A DNA stretch of 64,000 bases from Holosporaceae bacterium (lineage in GTDB: Bacteria; Pseudomonadota; Alphaproteobacteria; Holosporales; Hepatobacteraceae): positions 141,756 to 205,755 of the forward strand of contig JBMYWS010000002.1 in assembly GCA_049607645.1 (NCBI GenBank). The letters run 5' to 3'. The position numbers and the translations under genes are program-made. The notes under the pieces are model-generated. The model searched no databases, was not told the DNA's origin, and saw nothing but the letters and a program-made list of their open reading frames with translations. Of the stretch, positions 9,558 through 19,806 are shown piece after piece. Each line of letters begins with the position of its first letter. Within the stretch, counting starts at the first letter, position 1.

Positions 9558-10910
9558 ATGTTTCGTAAAGTTCTCATTGCCAACAGAGGCGAAATTGCAC
9601 TGCGCATTTTAAGAGCGCTGAAAGAGATGAATATCCACACTGTCACCGTTCACTCTACAGCGGATGAGTCAGCCATGCACGTGCAACTGGCGGATGAGAG
9701 CGTGTGTATTGGCCCCGGCCCCAGCAAAGAAAGCTATCTCAACATGACCTCGATCTTGGCAGCAGCCGAGGTAACAGGCGCAGATGCCATTCACCCAGGC
9801 GTTGGGTTCCTCTCTGAAAACGCCCAGTTTGCGCGCATGGCCGAAGCACACAACTTGGCCTTTATTGGCCCAAGTGCCGAGCACATCGAAGTGATGGGAG
9901 ATAAAATTCGCGCCAAAAAAGCAGCAGCTGACATGGGCATTCCTTTGGTCCCCGGCTCGAACGAGTTATCAGGCGACACTGCCGACATCAAAAAAGTGGT
10001 AGACAGAATAGGCTATCCGTTGTTAATTAAGGCTGCGCACGGCGGTGGCGGCAAGGGTATGCGCCTTGTCCAGCGCTCGGACAATTTCTTGAAAGAGCTT
10101 GAGATCACCCGCGCGGAGGCAATGGCAAACTTTGGCTCGGACAGCGTTTACCTTGAGCGTTACCTTGAAAAACCCAAACATATCGAGTTGCAAATTTTAG
10201 GCGACAAGCATGGTAACCTTGTCTTTTTAGGAGAACGCGACTGTTCGATTCAAAGACGCCACCAAAAAGTTTGGGAAGAGGCACCTGCGCCCTTTCTGCC
10301 TCGCTCGCTGCTTGACAACCTCATTAAAAAAATCAGGCCAGCGCTTCAAAAAATGGGTTATGTGGGCGCGGGAACACTTGAATTCTTGTATGAAAACAAC
10401 CAGTTTTATTTTATCGAAATGAACACCCGCCTGCAGGTTGAGCATCCCGTCACCGAAATGATTACGGGCATCGATCTTGTGAAAGAGCAAATTCGCATCG
10501 CAGCAGGCGAAAAATTGTCGTTTACACAAGAGGACGTCACCTTTAAAGGACACGCGATTGAATGCCGCATTAACGCTGAAAATCCAGATACCTTTTTGCC
10601 CACACCAGGCAAAATAGCAGCCTATCTGCCGCCAGGCGGTCCACACATTCGCGTTGATAGTGCCCTTTATCAGGGATACGTGATTCCTCCTTATTATGAC
10701 AGCCTTGTCTCAAAACTTGTTGCCTATGGTGACACAAGAGAGAAGTGCCTTGCACACCTTAAACGTGCCCTTGATGAGTATGTGATTGCAGGCCCTGATA
10801 CACTCATCCCCCTGCACAAAAAGCTTGTCACGTCACAAGACGTGCATGAAGGGCAGTATCATATTCACTGGCTTGAAGAATGGCTTTGCCAGCACGAAAA
10901 AGCAGCCTAG
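9558..10910 (+). CDS. accC: acetyl-CoA carboxylase biotin carboxylase subunit
   Basis: KVLIANRGEIALRI, ATP-grasp GGGGKGMR, and EMNTRLQVEHPVTE. Confidence 0.95.
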   Translation: MFRKVLIANRGEIALRILRALKEMNIHTVTVHSTADESAMHVQLADESVCIGPGPSKESYLNMTSILAAAEVTGADAIHPGVGFLSENAQFARMAEAHNLAFIGPSAEHIEVMGDKIRAKKAAADMGIPLVPGSNELSGDTADIKKVVDRIGYPLLIKAAHGGGGKGMRLVQRSDNFLKELEITRAEAMANFGSDSVYLERYLEKPKHIELQILGDKHGNLVFLGERDCSIQRRHQKVWEEAPAPFLPRSLLDNLIKKIRPALQKMGYVGAGTLEFLYENNQFYFIEMNTRLQVEHPVTEMITGIDLVKEQIRIAAGEKLSFTQEDVTFKGHAIECRINAENPDTFLPTPGKIAAYLPPGGPHIRVDSALYQGYVIPPYYDSLVSKLVAYGDTREKCLAHLKRALDEYVIAGPDTLIPLHKKLVTSQDVHEGQYHIHWLEEWLCQHEKAA

Positions 10911-10928
10911 AGAGCAGGGGGCGTCCAC

Positions 10929-11732
10929 ATGGTCACTGCAAAAGAAACACACAAAGCAGCTGATCTGTCTCTTGGTATTCTTGGGTGCGGTGGACGCATG
11001 GGAAGCGCTTTATTCAAGGCAACCTCTGAAGAGGCTAACGTTACTTTTGGTTATGGCTCTTACAAAAACACCCCCCCTGCCTTTCTGTTAGACAGTAAAG
11101 AGGCGCAGCTAACGCAATGTGCAGAAACCGTTTTTCAGCACAGCCAAGTTGTGGTTGATTTTTCACATGAAAGCGCTGCAAAAGCACATCTTGCACTGGC
11201 CGCACAATACAAAAAACCTTTTATACTGGCCACCACAGGCTTTAGAGAAGATATTTCTTCTGCGTGTGAAAAGGCAGCAAAGCACGCACCCGTTATGCGG
11301 GCGCCCAACACGTCGATCGGCGCGAATCTTTTAAAAACACTGGTGCGCCGCGCCGCTGAAGCCCTTAACACTACTTTTGATGTGACGTTGCTTGATCGGC
11401 ATCATACACAAAAAAAAGATGCGCCCTCGGGTACAGCCCTCATGCTGGCACACAGCGTACAAGAGGGGCGCCGTCTGGCTAAAAAATCAGAAGGCAAACT
11501 GCGCTTTTACGAGCCTTATGAAACCGGCAGTATCCAAATCGCCTCTCTGCAGGCTGCCAAACTTTTTGGCAGTCATGAAGTTGCCTTTACAAGCGCTGAT
11601 GAGCGGCTCACTTTCACGCATGATCTTTTGAATCGCGAGGCTCTTGCCAAAGGCGCGCTGCTGGCAACCAAATGGCTTGCACACCAAAAACCAGGCCTTT
11701 ACACCATGGAAGACGTTCTTTTTCAACCGTAA
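10929..11732 (+). CDS. dapB: 4-hydroxy-tetrahydrodipicolinate reductase
   Basis: GILGCGGRMG Rossmann start, ATTGF, APNTSIGANLL, and HHTQKKDAPSGTAL. Confidence 0.9.
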   Translation: MVTAKETHKAADLSLGILGCGGRMGSALFKATSEEANVTFGYGSYKNTPPAFLLDSKEAQLTQCAETVFQHSQVVVDFSHESAAKAHLALAAQYKKPFILATTGFREDISSACEKAAKHAPVMRAPNTSIGANLLKTLVRRAAEALNTTFDVTLLDRHHTQKKDAPSGTALMLAHSVQEGRRLAKKSEGKLRFYEPYETGSIQIASLQAAKLFGSHEVAFTSADERLTFTHDLLNREALAKGALLATKWLAHQKPGLYTMEDVLFQP

Positions 11733-11737
11733 AATAG

Positions 11738-12778
11738 TTACGACTGCACTGTCGACACAGAAACACGCTGCTTTGAGGTGACCTCGGCACGTCCCCCAAG
11801 CCACGTTGTCCAACCTAGCCTTAAAGGAAATGTTTTGGACGCCAAGCGAAAAACAGGGGCCTCTTTAAGGGACAAAATAAGCTCAAAGCTAAGGCGCGTA
11901 CCAATATAAGAGCGCACAACACGCAAAAGGCTTTCATAGTATTCACCCTTTGGCAGAAAGCCGAGAAACTGCTTTCTGTTATGGATTGCTAAGTCAATTT
12001 GAACACCCTGCACAACAGTGTAGGCACGTTTTCCCAACACAAAAGAATGCGCAAGAGCGTTGTTTCGGCAATGCGTATGCCCCACGCGCGTACGACGGTG
12101 CATTGGAATTTTAAAAACACGGCCACGAAAAGAAGAAACGATATTCGATAAACCAAAATGGTGTTTTAAAAGCTGCGACAAACCCTGTGGTGTGTGTGGC
12201 CGCTTCCATAAAATTTGCGCCACCGGTAAAAAAGAACGCAATTGCAGTGCCGAATCCTTTTTTTTGCGCACACCACTTAAAGAAAGCAGCGTATTCCCCA
12301 AAAGACTTTTATCCGGCGTGTCACGCAATAAAGTCGGCAGACGCCTTTGCTGCAGCCGATAAAAAAGCGTCATAAAACGATGGTTGAAAATATCAAAAAA
12401 ATCAGCCAGCGATGCATCGCGCACCTTAAGACGCCTTAAAATATCTTCGGTATAAACGGTTGGCAGCGGTCCTTGCGCACCCGCAATACCAAAAAAATTC
12501 ACATAAGCAGTGAACGCAAGGCCCTTTTTGTACCCTCCTTTGAACAGTTTTTTCGGCCCCAAGTTTTGCAAATGGGGCGCATCTTGCGGCATAAGCGCAA
12601 GCAGATCACTTGCGGGCGGCGATAGCAAAAGGCTTGATTTAAAAGCAAGAAAATCCCCCCTATTTAAAGCATCGCTATCTATTTGGCCCAAGGCACACAA
12701 AAGATGTACAGCTTGTGAGAACTCGAACAAAAAAGGCTCAAGGAAAAGCTTTTGCGCTAGATTGTCTTGGCGACGCAT
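11738..12778 (-). CDS. tssG: type VI secretion system baseplate subunit TssG
   Basis: N-terminal FEFSQAVHLL matches the TssG FxFFQAVRLLE signature. Size is 346 aa. Overlaps the stop of tssF by 22 nt, suggesting translational coupling. Confidence 0.8.
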   Translation of the reverse strand: MRRQDNLAQKLFLEPFLFEFSQAVHLLCALGQIDSDALNRGDFLAFKSSLLLSPPASDLLALMPQDAPHLQNLGPKKLFKGGYKKGLAFTAYVNFFGIAGAQGPLPTVYTEDILRRLKVRDASLADFFDIFNHRFMTLFYRLQQRRLPTLLRDTPDKSLLGNTLLSLSGVRKKKDSALQLRSFLPVAQILWKRPHTPQGLSQLLKHHFGLSNIVSSFRGRVFKIPMHRRTRVGHTHCRNNALAHSFVLGKRAYTVVQGVQIDLAIHNRKQFLGFLPKGEYYESLLRVVRSYIGTRLSFELILSLKEAPVFRLASKTFPLRLGWTTWLGGRAEVTSKQRVSVSTVQS

Positions 12779-14595
12779 GGCTCAGCTTCCCATTTTTTTA
12801 AAACAGTATCAGACAGACCCATTAAATTTGTTTCGACCAATGTGTTAAAGTCAGCTGTTAGCTTAAAAAGCTCGTGTAAAATCATGCTCAGCACAAAATA
12901 GCCATGCACATTCACCTTCGCATCATCTACTTTAAGGGTCACCGAGAGCAAAGGCACAAAACTATGCCAGCCTTCTTGTGCCAAAGGGCCAATGGTTCTG
13001 CGAAATGAGAGGCTCTCCAGCGCTTCAATCGACCCACCCAAAAAAGCATGACCGGTGTTATAAAGGCGCAGCAGTTCTTTAAGAGGCGCCAAGGTTTCAA
13101 GGTGCGCACAGAGACCTAAATGATCGACGGCCAAGTGGCTAATCAGCCGCCACTGTGTTTGACCATCAAGAGAGGGGTTCAGTGCACGCGTTGGTTTTGT
13201 CAGCGACACCATGTCCATGCCCGAAAAGCGTCCCTGTACATCAAAGTGCACGCCAACCGGCAGTTTTTCTGCAAGGCGCCTGTTAGTACAAAGCATATGC
13301 GCATAAACGGTTTCTTCCTTAAACGCAGACAGCTTCATGTCATAATTCACAAAAGACAGAAAAACGTCCGTGCCGCGGGCATCCTCTAAAGAAGTTTGCA
13401 TTCTTCTATCAAACCAGAACATCTCTTGCTGTTTTTCTTCGGCTTGGTGTGTGTAAGAGAAATAAGGCTCGATCACATGACCTGGCATCTCGATACTGGT
13501 GGCTGACGAAATTTTTAAAATCGTATGCACCTCCATCATCTCTTCGAGACGGTGATCCGGCACCAGACGATAAGAGGTCTTGCGATAATCCAGCTTAATA
13601 GGCTCGGACGATTTCTGAAAAAGATTAATGGCAGGCACACACCCCAGCATGACACTTTGAGCGGACAGAGGCCACTTTTCAGGCTCAGCATATCCACTGA
13701 GTGGAAAAAAAAGCGTCACTGTTTCGCTTTTAACCTGCGCTAGTTTTTCTTTTAAATGCTGAACTTTAAAGAAAAGAAATTTTTGAGGAAAGTGGAAAAA
13801 ATCCCACAACAAACGATGCGCGGGATTTGTTTTGGGTGTGGCCTCTAAAAGGCCTTCATGCGGCTCGAAACCCGCTCTTTGAAATGCATCCTCTCGCAAC
13901 AGTTCTAAAACAGGTTCCTTGCTGTTTTTTTGAATAAACACAGGTGTCGGATCAACTGTATCGTAGGTATGCAACCACTTAAGAAGCGTAAAGGCCGTTA
14001 AGGTGTCACCACCTAAATAAAAGGTTAAATCATCTAACGACAGATCAGAAAAGAGGCCGCCATGCGTTTTTAACGTTACTTTTAAAAGCCAAGGCGAGCG
14101 CAGCTCTTTTGCGGGCATTGCATAAAGATTACTTGTCACATACCCCACATCCACCACGTCAATGGGCCAAATATCAACGGGCATTGTCGTTTGAAAACGA
14201 CAGCTAATGCCCTCTTGTGATGTGGCAGCAAGCGGTGTGCGCGCTGGCATTTGTCTTCCCTGAAACAACGACACCATCTCTTTAAAGGCTTGCATCTTTA
14301 AAATCACACAAGACGGAAATGGCTTAATAAATTCAGGATACAGCACACTTAAAAGGGCATTGCTGATGTCCGAGTGTTGATCATCAATCGCCATTTGCAG
14401 GCGACCAGTTAAAAAGGCAAATGATTCAAGCAGGCGCTCAATATGTGGGTCATCTGACCCTTTAGGACTCAGCTCAAGATCGCCAGCAATACGTGGATAG
14501 GCTTTTGCAAACTTTTGCCCTATCTTTAAAAGATAGGACATTTCCCGCTGATAATACGGCAGCAGCTGTGAAAAATTCGGGTTGTGATCTTGCAT
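12757..14595 (-). CDS. tssF: type VI secretion system baseplate subunit TssF (ImpG/VasA)
   Basis: N-terminal LLPYYQREMSYLLKIGQKFAKAYPRIAGDLEL...DPHIERLLESFAFLTGRLQ is the canonical TssF signature. About 610 aa. Start taken at MQDHNPNF. Confidence 0.88.
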   Translation of the reverse strand: MQDHNPNFSQLLPYYQREMSYLLKIGQKFAKAYPRIAGDLELSPKGSDDPHIERLLESFAFLTGRLQMAIDDQHSDISNALLSVLYPEFIKPFPSCVILKMQAFKEMVSLFQGRQMPARTPLAATSQEGISCRFQTTMPVDIWPIDVVDVGYVTSNLYAMPAKELRSPWLLKVTLKTHGGLFSDLSLDDLTFYLGGDTLTAFTLLKWLHTYDTVDPTPVFIQKNSKEPVLELLREDAFQRAGFEPHEGLLEATPKTNPAHRLLWDFFHFPQKFLFFKVQHLKEKLAQVKSETVTLFFPLSGYAEPEKWPLSAQSVMLGCVPAINLFQKSSEPIKLDYRKTSYRLVPDHRLEEMMEVHTILKISSATSIEMPGHVIEPYFSYTHQAEEKQQEMFWFDRRMQTSLEDARGTDVFLSFVNYDMKLSAFKEETVYAHMLCTNRRLAEKLPVGVHFDVQGRFSGMDMVSLTKPTRALNPSLDGQTQWRLISHLAVDHLGLCAHLETLAPLKELLRLYNTGHAFLGGSIEALESLSFRRTIGPLAQEGWHSFVPLLSVTLKVDDAKVNVHGYFVLSMILHELFKLTADFNTLVETNLMGLSDTVLKKWEAEPCVAKTI

Positions 14596-14682
14596 AGCGT
14601 TCTCATGGTAAAGCTTAGCGGCAAGCATGCAAAAGAGGGCCTTTGTTTGTTATGGAAGAGAAAAGGTTTTTTTTTAATTAAA

Positions 14683-15864
14683 ATGTGCACAAATCAACCG
14701 CCATGGGCGCTTTATATTCACTGGCCCTTTTGTCTTTCAAAATGCCCCTATTGCGATTTTAACAGCCACGTACACAAAACGATCCCCGTTGATAGATTCA
14801 AGGCAGCTTTTTTACAAGAGCTTGAAACCCAGCAAAATCGCCTCAAACGCAATACGCCTTTGCAAAGTATTTTTTTTGGAGGTGGCACCCCCTCTTTAAT
14901 GCCGCCTCAACTAGTGGCCGATTTGATTCAAAAAGCCAAACAACACTTTTATACCAGTGATTCGCTTGAGATTACGCTGGAGGCCAACCCAACCTCTTTT
15001 GAAAAAGAAAAATTTCAAGCCTTCAAAGAGGCAGGCGTCAATCGTTTGTCACTGGGTGTGCAGTCATTTAATGATCAAGATCTTTCTTTTTTAGGACGCG
15101 GCCACAATGCACGCGAAGCCGAAGAGGCCCTTGAGGCTTGTGCTGCTTTATTTCCTCGGTTTTCCTTTGATCTGATGTATGGCCTGGCAAATCAAACAAC
15201 CAAAGATTGGCAGCAGCAACTTCAAAAAGCGGCCGTGCTCAAGCCCACACATCTTTCGTGTTATCAGCTAACTTTTGAGCAAGGAACCGCCTTCTATACA
15301 CGCTTTCAAAGAGGTGACTTAAAATACCCAAATGAAACAAACGCCATTGCCTTTGATACACAAACCGAAAGTGTTTTAGCAGAAAAGGGTTTAAGGCGTT
15401 ACGAAACCTCTAACTATGCCGCACCAGGCTTTGAAAGCCAACATAATCTGGCTTACTGGAAAACGCACCCCACCCTTGGTATTGGCCCTGGCAGCCACGG
15501 ACGCCCGATTCTTCATACAAAGCCCTATGCTGAGCAGATGCTGCGTGCACCTTTTACATGGCTTGAAGCCGTTGAAAAGCAAGGTCATGGCCTGCAAAAG
15601 TCCTCTATTCTTTCGCCAGAAGAGCGCCTTCAAGAGTGGTTTCTCATGGGCCTAAGGCTGAAAGCAGGCATTGCCACTGAAGAGGCGTTGCGCATTACAG
15701 GACAACCCTTTGCAACATGGCATAAAGGACCTTTGAAAGAGCGCCTTGAAGCATTGTGTCAACAAGATCTTTTATGCATCAGCCAAGAAAAGATGCGTAT
15801 CCACACAACAAAAAAAGGGGCTTTGCGCCTTAACGGTATCTTGAGCTTTTTATTTGCAGCTTAA
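14683..15864 (+). CDS. hemW: radical SAM heme chaperone HemW (coproporphyrinogen III oxidase-like)
   Basis: YIHWPFCLSKCPYCDFNS CxxxCxxC cluster, GGGTPS, and a HemN_C-like tail. Start chosen at the ATG at 14683. Confidence 0.88.
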   Translation: MCTNQPPWALYIHWPFCLSKCPYCDFNSHVHKTIPVDRFKAAFLQELETQQNRLKRNTPLQSIFFGGGTPSLMPPQLVADLIQKAKQHFYTSDSLEITLEANPTSFEKEKFQAFKEAGVNRLSLGVQSFNDQDLSFLGRGHNAREAEEALEACAALFPRFSFDLMYGLANQTTKDWQQQLQKAAVLKPTHLSCYQLTFEQGTAFYTRFQRGDLKYPNETNAIAFDTQTESVLAEKGLRRYETSNYAAPGFESQHNLAYWKTHPTLGIGPGSHGRPILHTKPYAEQMLRAPFTWLEAVEKQGHGLQKSSILSPEERLQEWFLMGLRLKAGIATEEALRITGQPFATWHKGPLKERLEALCQQDLLCISQEKMRIHTTKKGALRLNGILSFLFAA

Positions 15865-15889
15865 AAGGTAAGGGAATAACGGCCAGGCC

Positions 15890-17173
15890 TTAAGAGGCGC
15901 GTGACGAGTTCATTGCCTCAAAAAACTCGGCATTATTTTTTGTGCCGCGCATTTTATCAAGCAAAAACTCCATAGCCTCTGTCACGCTCATCTGTGCCAG
16001 CAGACGTCTTAAAACCCACATCTTCATCAATGTTTGCTTTTCAACCAACATCTCTTCTTTACGTGTGCCCGATTTAATGACATCTAAGGCAGGGAACAAG
16101 CGTTTGTCAGACAGCTTACGTTCTAACACAATTTCAGCATTACCAGTGCCTTTGAATTCCTCAAAAATCACCTCATCCATGCGCGAGCCTGTCTCAACAA
16201 GGGTCGTGCCAATAATGGTCAGCGAACCACCTTCTTCTACATTACGCGCGGCACCAAAAAAGCGTTTGGGCCTTTGCAAAGCATTCGCATCCACACCACC
16301 CGTCAACACCTTGCCCGACGACGGCACCACAGCATTATACGCGCGTGCAAGGCGTGTAATCGAGTCAAGCAAAACGATAACGTCTTTTTTGCTTTCAACA
16401 AGCCGCTTGGCTTTTTCTAAAACCATCTCAGCCACTTGAACATGTCGCGTCGCCGGCTCATCAAATGTTGAGCCAATGACCTCGCCCTTGACAGAGCGTG
16501 CCATGTCGGTCACCTCTTCGGGCCTTTCACCCACCATCAAAACAATCAAATGTGCACTTGGATGATTTTGTGAAAGCGCATGGGCAATGTTTTGCATCAT
16601 CACCGTTTTACCCGTGCGCGGTGGTGCCACAATCAACGCACGCTGGCCAAAACCAAGCGGAACCACCAGATCGATGACACGCAACGTGTTATCTTTTTCT
16701 TTCGGATCGTCACATTCAAGAATAATTTTTCTATCAGGATAAAGGGCCGTTAAGCTATCAAACTGAACGCGATGACGCAGTTCAGCCGGATCAACACCAT
16801 TAACGCGCTCTACCTGTTTAAACGAAAAATAACGCTCACCTTCTCGAGGCGGCGCCAGTTCGCCTTCAAGCGTGTCACCGGTGCGCAAGCCAAGACGTCT
16901 GACCTGCTGGGTCGACACATAAATATCATCAGGACCTGGTAAAAAATTGGCCTCAGCCGAGCGCAGAAAACCAAAACCATCTTGCAAGACAGACAAAACA
17001 CCACCGCCTTGGATGCACGTCCCTTTAAGGGCCATGGCTTTCAAAATCGCAAACATCAAATCCTGCCGACGCAGTGAGGATGCATTGTCAATGCCCAGAT
17101 CTTCAGCCATTGCCAAAAGATCGGCAAAAGATTTCGACTTAAGAGTGTTACGCTCGACTGAACTGGCCATCAT
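15890..17173 (-). CDS. rho: transcription termination factor Rho
   Basis: Rho N-terminal and cold-shock-like RNA-binding domain. Walker A is [19 protein letters not shown]-like block is [23 protein letters not shown]. Confidence 0.95.
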   Translation of the reverse strand: MMASSVERNTLKSKSFADLLAMAEDLGIDNASSLRRQDLMFAILKAMALKGTCIQGGGVLSVLQDGFGFLRSAEANFLPGPDDIYVSTQQVRRLGLRTGDTLEGELAPPREGERYFSFKQVERVNGVDPAELRHRVQFDSLTALYPDRKIILECDDPKEKDNTLRVIDLVVPLGFGQRALIVAPPRTGKTVMMQNIAHALSQNHPSAHLIVLMVGERPEEVTDMARSVKGEVIGSTFDEPATRHVQVAEMVLEKAKRLVESKKDVIVLLDSITRLARAYNAVVPSSGKVLTGGVDANALQRPKRFFGAARNVEEGGSLTIIGTTLVETGSRMDEVIFEEFKGTGNAEIVLERKLSDKRLFPALDVIKSGTRKEEMLVEKQTLMKMWVLRRLLAQMSVTEAMEFLLDKMRGTKNNAEFFEAMNSSRAS

Positions 17174-17212
17174 AGTTTGCTTTCAAAAAACCAAAAATAG
17201 AAAAGATGCGCT

Positions 17213-17536
17213 TTATGTATCCTGTGAAGGCTCTTCCCCAGCCTCTAGCGTTGCCACGAACGTTTCATCTCGACCGGGCGCATCCGCATCCTTTAGAACA
17301 TCCTCTTTCACAGAAAACCTTGGACTATCCATCACAAACTCGGACTGCAAGCCCTCATAAAGCATTTTCACATCAACGGATCCTGCTTTAATCTCTTCCA
17401 AGGCCAACACAATATCACGATGCTTTTCCCGTGGGCGTGTCAACAAGGCACCGTTCTCAATCTCACGCACACGACGCGATGCCAACAAAACCAACAAAAA
17501 ACGATCTAGTTTCACACCATCCGCATCAAGATCCAT
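17213..17536 (-). CDS. rpoZ: DNA-directed RNA polymerase subunit omega
   Basis: DRFLLVLLASRRVREIENGA core. Start moved to MDLDADG because the longer ORF would overlap rpmJ. Confidence 0.85.
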   Translation of the reverse strand: MDLDADGVKLDRFLLVLLASRRVREIENGALLTRPREKHRDIVLALEEIKAGSVDVKMLYEGLQSEFVMDSPRFSVKEDVLKDADAPGRDETFVATLEAGEEPSQDT

Positions 17537-17552
17537 CACAACGCTTTCTTTC

Positions 17553-17684
17553 TTAAGCAAAACCCTGACGGGCTTTAAAACGAGGGTTTACTTTATTGAT
17601 GACATAAAGCTTACCACGACGACGGACAACCCGACAAGCACGGTGACGCTTTTTAAGAGACTGTATAGAACTTGCAACACGCAT
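17553..17684 (-). CDS. rpmJ: 50S ribosomal protein L36
   Basis: Not in the supplied ORF track because it is under 60 aa. Hand translation gives [43 protein letters not shown] then TAA. This matches the non-zinc L36 form typical of alphaproteobacteria. Confidence 0.85.
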   Translation of the reverse strand: MRVASSIQSLKKRHRACRVVRRRGKLYVINKVNPRFKARQGFA

Positions 17685-17853
17685 AACTGAATATAACTGA
17701 TATCTGAATCAAGGAATGGGTTCATCCTAAACCACCTTTTGGCTGGTTTCAAGGATTTTTTTTAAACGGCAATCTTTTTTTTCTATTTTTACTTGGAAAA
17801 TCATCCTTTTCATCTTATTCTCGCATCCAAATTTTTATAAAAAGAATTGCCCC

Positions 17854-18693
17854 ATGAAAGTAACGCAGGAAAAGACGTTCCACACCTGGTGCCTTTTAAT
17901 GCAAAAAAAAATTTGCACAGCACTTGAATCACTGGAACAAAAATTTCAAACGCCCTGCACCTTTCGAACGAAAGACTGGCTAAGGCCAGGTGGTGGCGGT
18001 GGCCAAATGGCTCTTTTAGAAGGCAATCTTTTCGAAAAGGCCGGTGTCAATGTCTCTTGCGTGCACGGCACATTTAGCGATGCCTTTCGGCAAAAAATGC
18101 CAGGATGCGAAAAAAGCAGCACGTTTTGGGCTGCAGGGCTTTCTCTTGTCATCCATCCGCGCTCGCCCCATGTGCCCATCATACACATGAACGTACGCCA
18201 TATCCGCACACAAAAACAGTGGTTTGGAGGCGGCATCGATTTAACACCCGTTTTTCCCGATGCAGAGGACACCAAAGCGTTTCACCAGGGCCTTCAAAAA
18301 ACATGTGACCTGTTTGACAAAACGTACTATCCCACTTTTAAGGCCGCCGCTGATCAGTATTTTTGGCTAAACCACCGCAACGAGTCACGCGGCGTTGGCG
18401 GTATTTTTTATGACAACCTTACCAAACCCTTTGACGATGGTTTTGCGTTTACACAAGCCATTGGCGAGTTGTTTCTAGAAGCTTACACGCCACTGGTGCA
18501 AAAAAACTGGAAAAAACCTGTGACCCCTCAAGATCGCAACGCACAACTGATCAAACGCGGACGTTACGTTGAATTTAACTTGCTTTACGACAGGGGCACA
18601 CGTTTTGGCCTTGAAACAGATGGCAACATTGATGCTATTTTGATGTCACTGCCGCCACTGGCATCATGGCCTTCAGCGCTTACAGCCTCTTAA
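17854..18693 (+). CDS. hemF: oxygen-dependent coproporphyrinogen III oxidase
   Basis: RPGGGGGQMALLEGNLFEKAGVN, HPRSPHVPIIHMNVRH, WFGGGIDLTP, and RGRYVEFNLLYDRGT. Confidence 0.92.
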   Translation: MKVTQEKTFHTWCLLMQKKICTALESLEQKFQTPCTFRTKDWLRPGGGGGQMALLEGNLFEKAGVNVSCVHGTFSDAFRQKMPGCEKSSTFWAAGLSLVIHPRSPHVPIIHMNVRHIRTQKQWFGGGIDLTPVFPDAEDTKAFHQGLQKTCDLFDKTYYPTFKAAADQYFWLNHRNESRGVGGIFYDNLTKPFDDGFAFTQAIGELFLEAYTPLVQKNWKKPVTPQDRNAQLIKRGRYVEFNLLYDRGTRFGLETDGNIDAILMSLPPLASWPSALTAS

Positions 18694-19778
18694 ACAAGCG
18701 CAAACTTTGCAACCCATTTTTTCATCTTATGTCCCAAACGCCCCCAATACGAACCACTTGAAGGCACTGGATTTAACTCAACACACTGTGGTTTTGAAAG
18801 GTCAAGATCAAGCAACTGGCCCAGTTTAGGCACTTTTTTGAAAATCGTCCGAAAAACCTGATTATTGCGCCCCGCAAGCACGTTCGCGCGCCATAAAGGT
18901 TCGTTCAACTCCAAAAACGTAATATATTGTTGTATGGGCGCATTAACACCCACAATGCAAAGGGGGGTCCGCGCTAAAACACGACAGGCGTAAAACCACA
19001 AATCATCCGCCTTGGCAATCAAAGTAATATATTTTCTCTTCAAAGCACGCTTGTGCAAACCATTGTATGTTTTGTGGGTGGCGTCATAGGGATACAACAC
19101 ACCAGCAAAACCCAGTGCCAAATCCAAAAAATCGCCCCGACCACCACTTGTATCATGGCCTGAAGACTGTGCGTAACTTTGCAAAACGCGATCACGCACT
19201 TTCAATCTGCTTTTAGCGATAGCTTGTATCGCCTGTGGACTTCTTTGATGACTTTTCACCAAGGCATGCAGCCAACCAGCAGGATATAAAATATCGTCAT
19301 CGACTGTGATGATATTGGCCTTTAACTGTGCCTTTAAGGCTGGAAAAAGCTTGTTCGCAGCACCATTGTTTCCATGAAAAAAGATAGTTTCTAACCCGCG
19401 CGCCTGCAAATCAATAAGTGTCTGGGGCAAGCTTACCAAACCGCCCGGATACTCTTCAAGCGAAAGCCACAAGATAATGCGATCAGGTTTTACCGACTGA
19501 CGCATCAGACTTTCTATGGTCAACCAAATCCCTTGGGTGCCTTTTTTAGTGCGCGGCGGCCATGTCGTTAAGCTGATGACATAGGCGTTTTGACCACTCG
19601 CGGGTTTTGTTTTTACACCCCGCGGAAGCGCCTTCCAACCAGCATAGGTCACAGACGTTTCAAAGTAACGCTTGTATAACTTTGCATCAAAATCCTGATG
19701 ACTGCCTTGCAAAGCACGTAAACACTGTGTGCACACAAAAAACAATATGATGGCTAAGAAAGAGCTAATTTTTTTCAA
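18690..19778 (-). CDS. hypothetical signal-anchored protein, glycosyltransferase-like (DxD)
   Basis: N-terminal MKKISSFLAIILFFVCTQC. The block ISLTTWPPR...ESLMRQSVKPDRIILWLS...ITVDDDILYP resembles GT-A fold transferases. Family not recognised with certainty. Confidence 0.5.
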   Translation of the reverse strand: MKKISSFLAIILFFVCTQCLRALQGSHQDFDAKLYKRYFETSVTYAGWKALPRGVKTKPASGQNAYVISLTTWPPRTKKGTQGIWLTIESLMRQSVKPDRIILWLSLEEYPGGLVSLPQTLIDLQARGLETIFFHGNNGAANKLFPALKAQLKANIITVDDDILYPAGWLHALVKSHQRSPQAIQAIAKSRLKVRDRVLQSYAQSSGHDTSGGRGDFLDLALGFAGVLYPYDATHKTYNGLHKRALKRKYITLIAKADDLWFYACRVLARTPLCIVGVNAPIQQYITFLELNEPLWRANVLAGRNNQVFRTIFKKVPKLGQLLDLDLSKPQCVELNPVPSSGSYWGRLGHKMKKWVAKFALV

Positions 19779-19806
19779 AACAGGTCATGAAATTGTTTTA
19801 TTTCGT

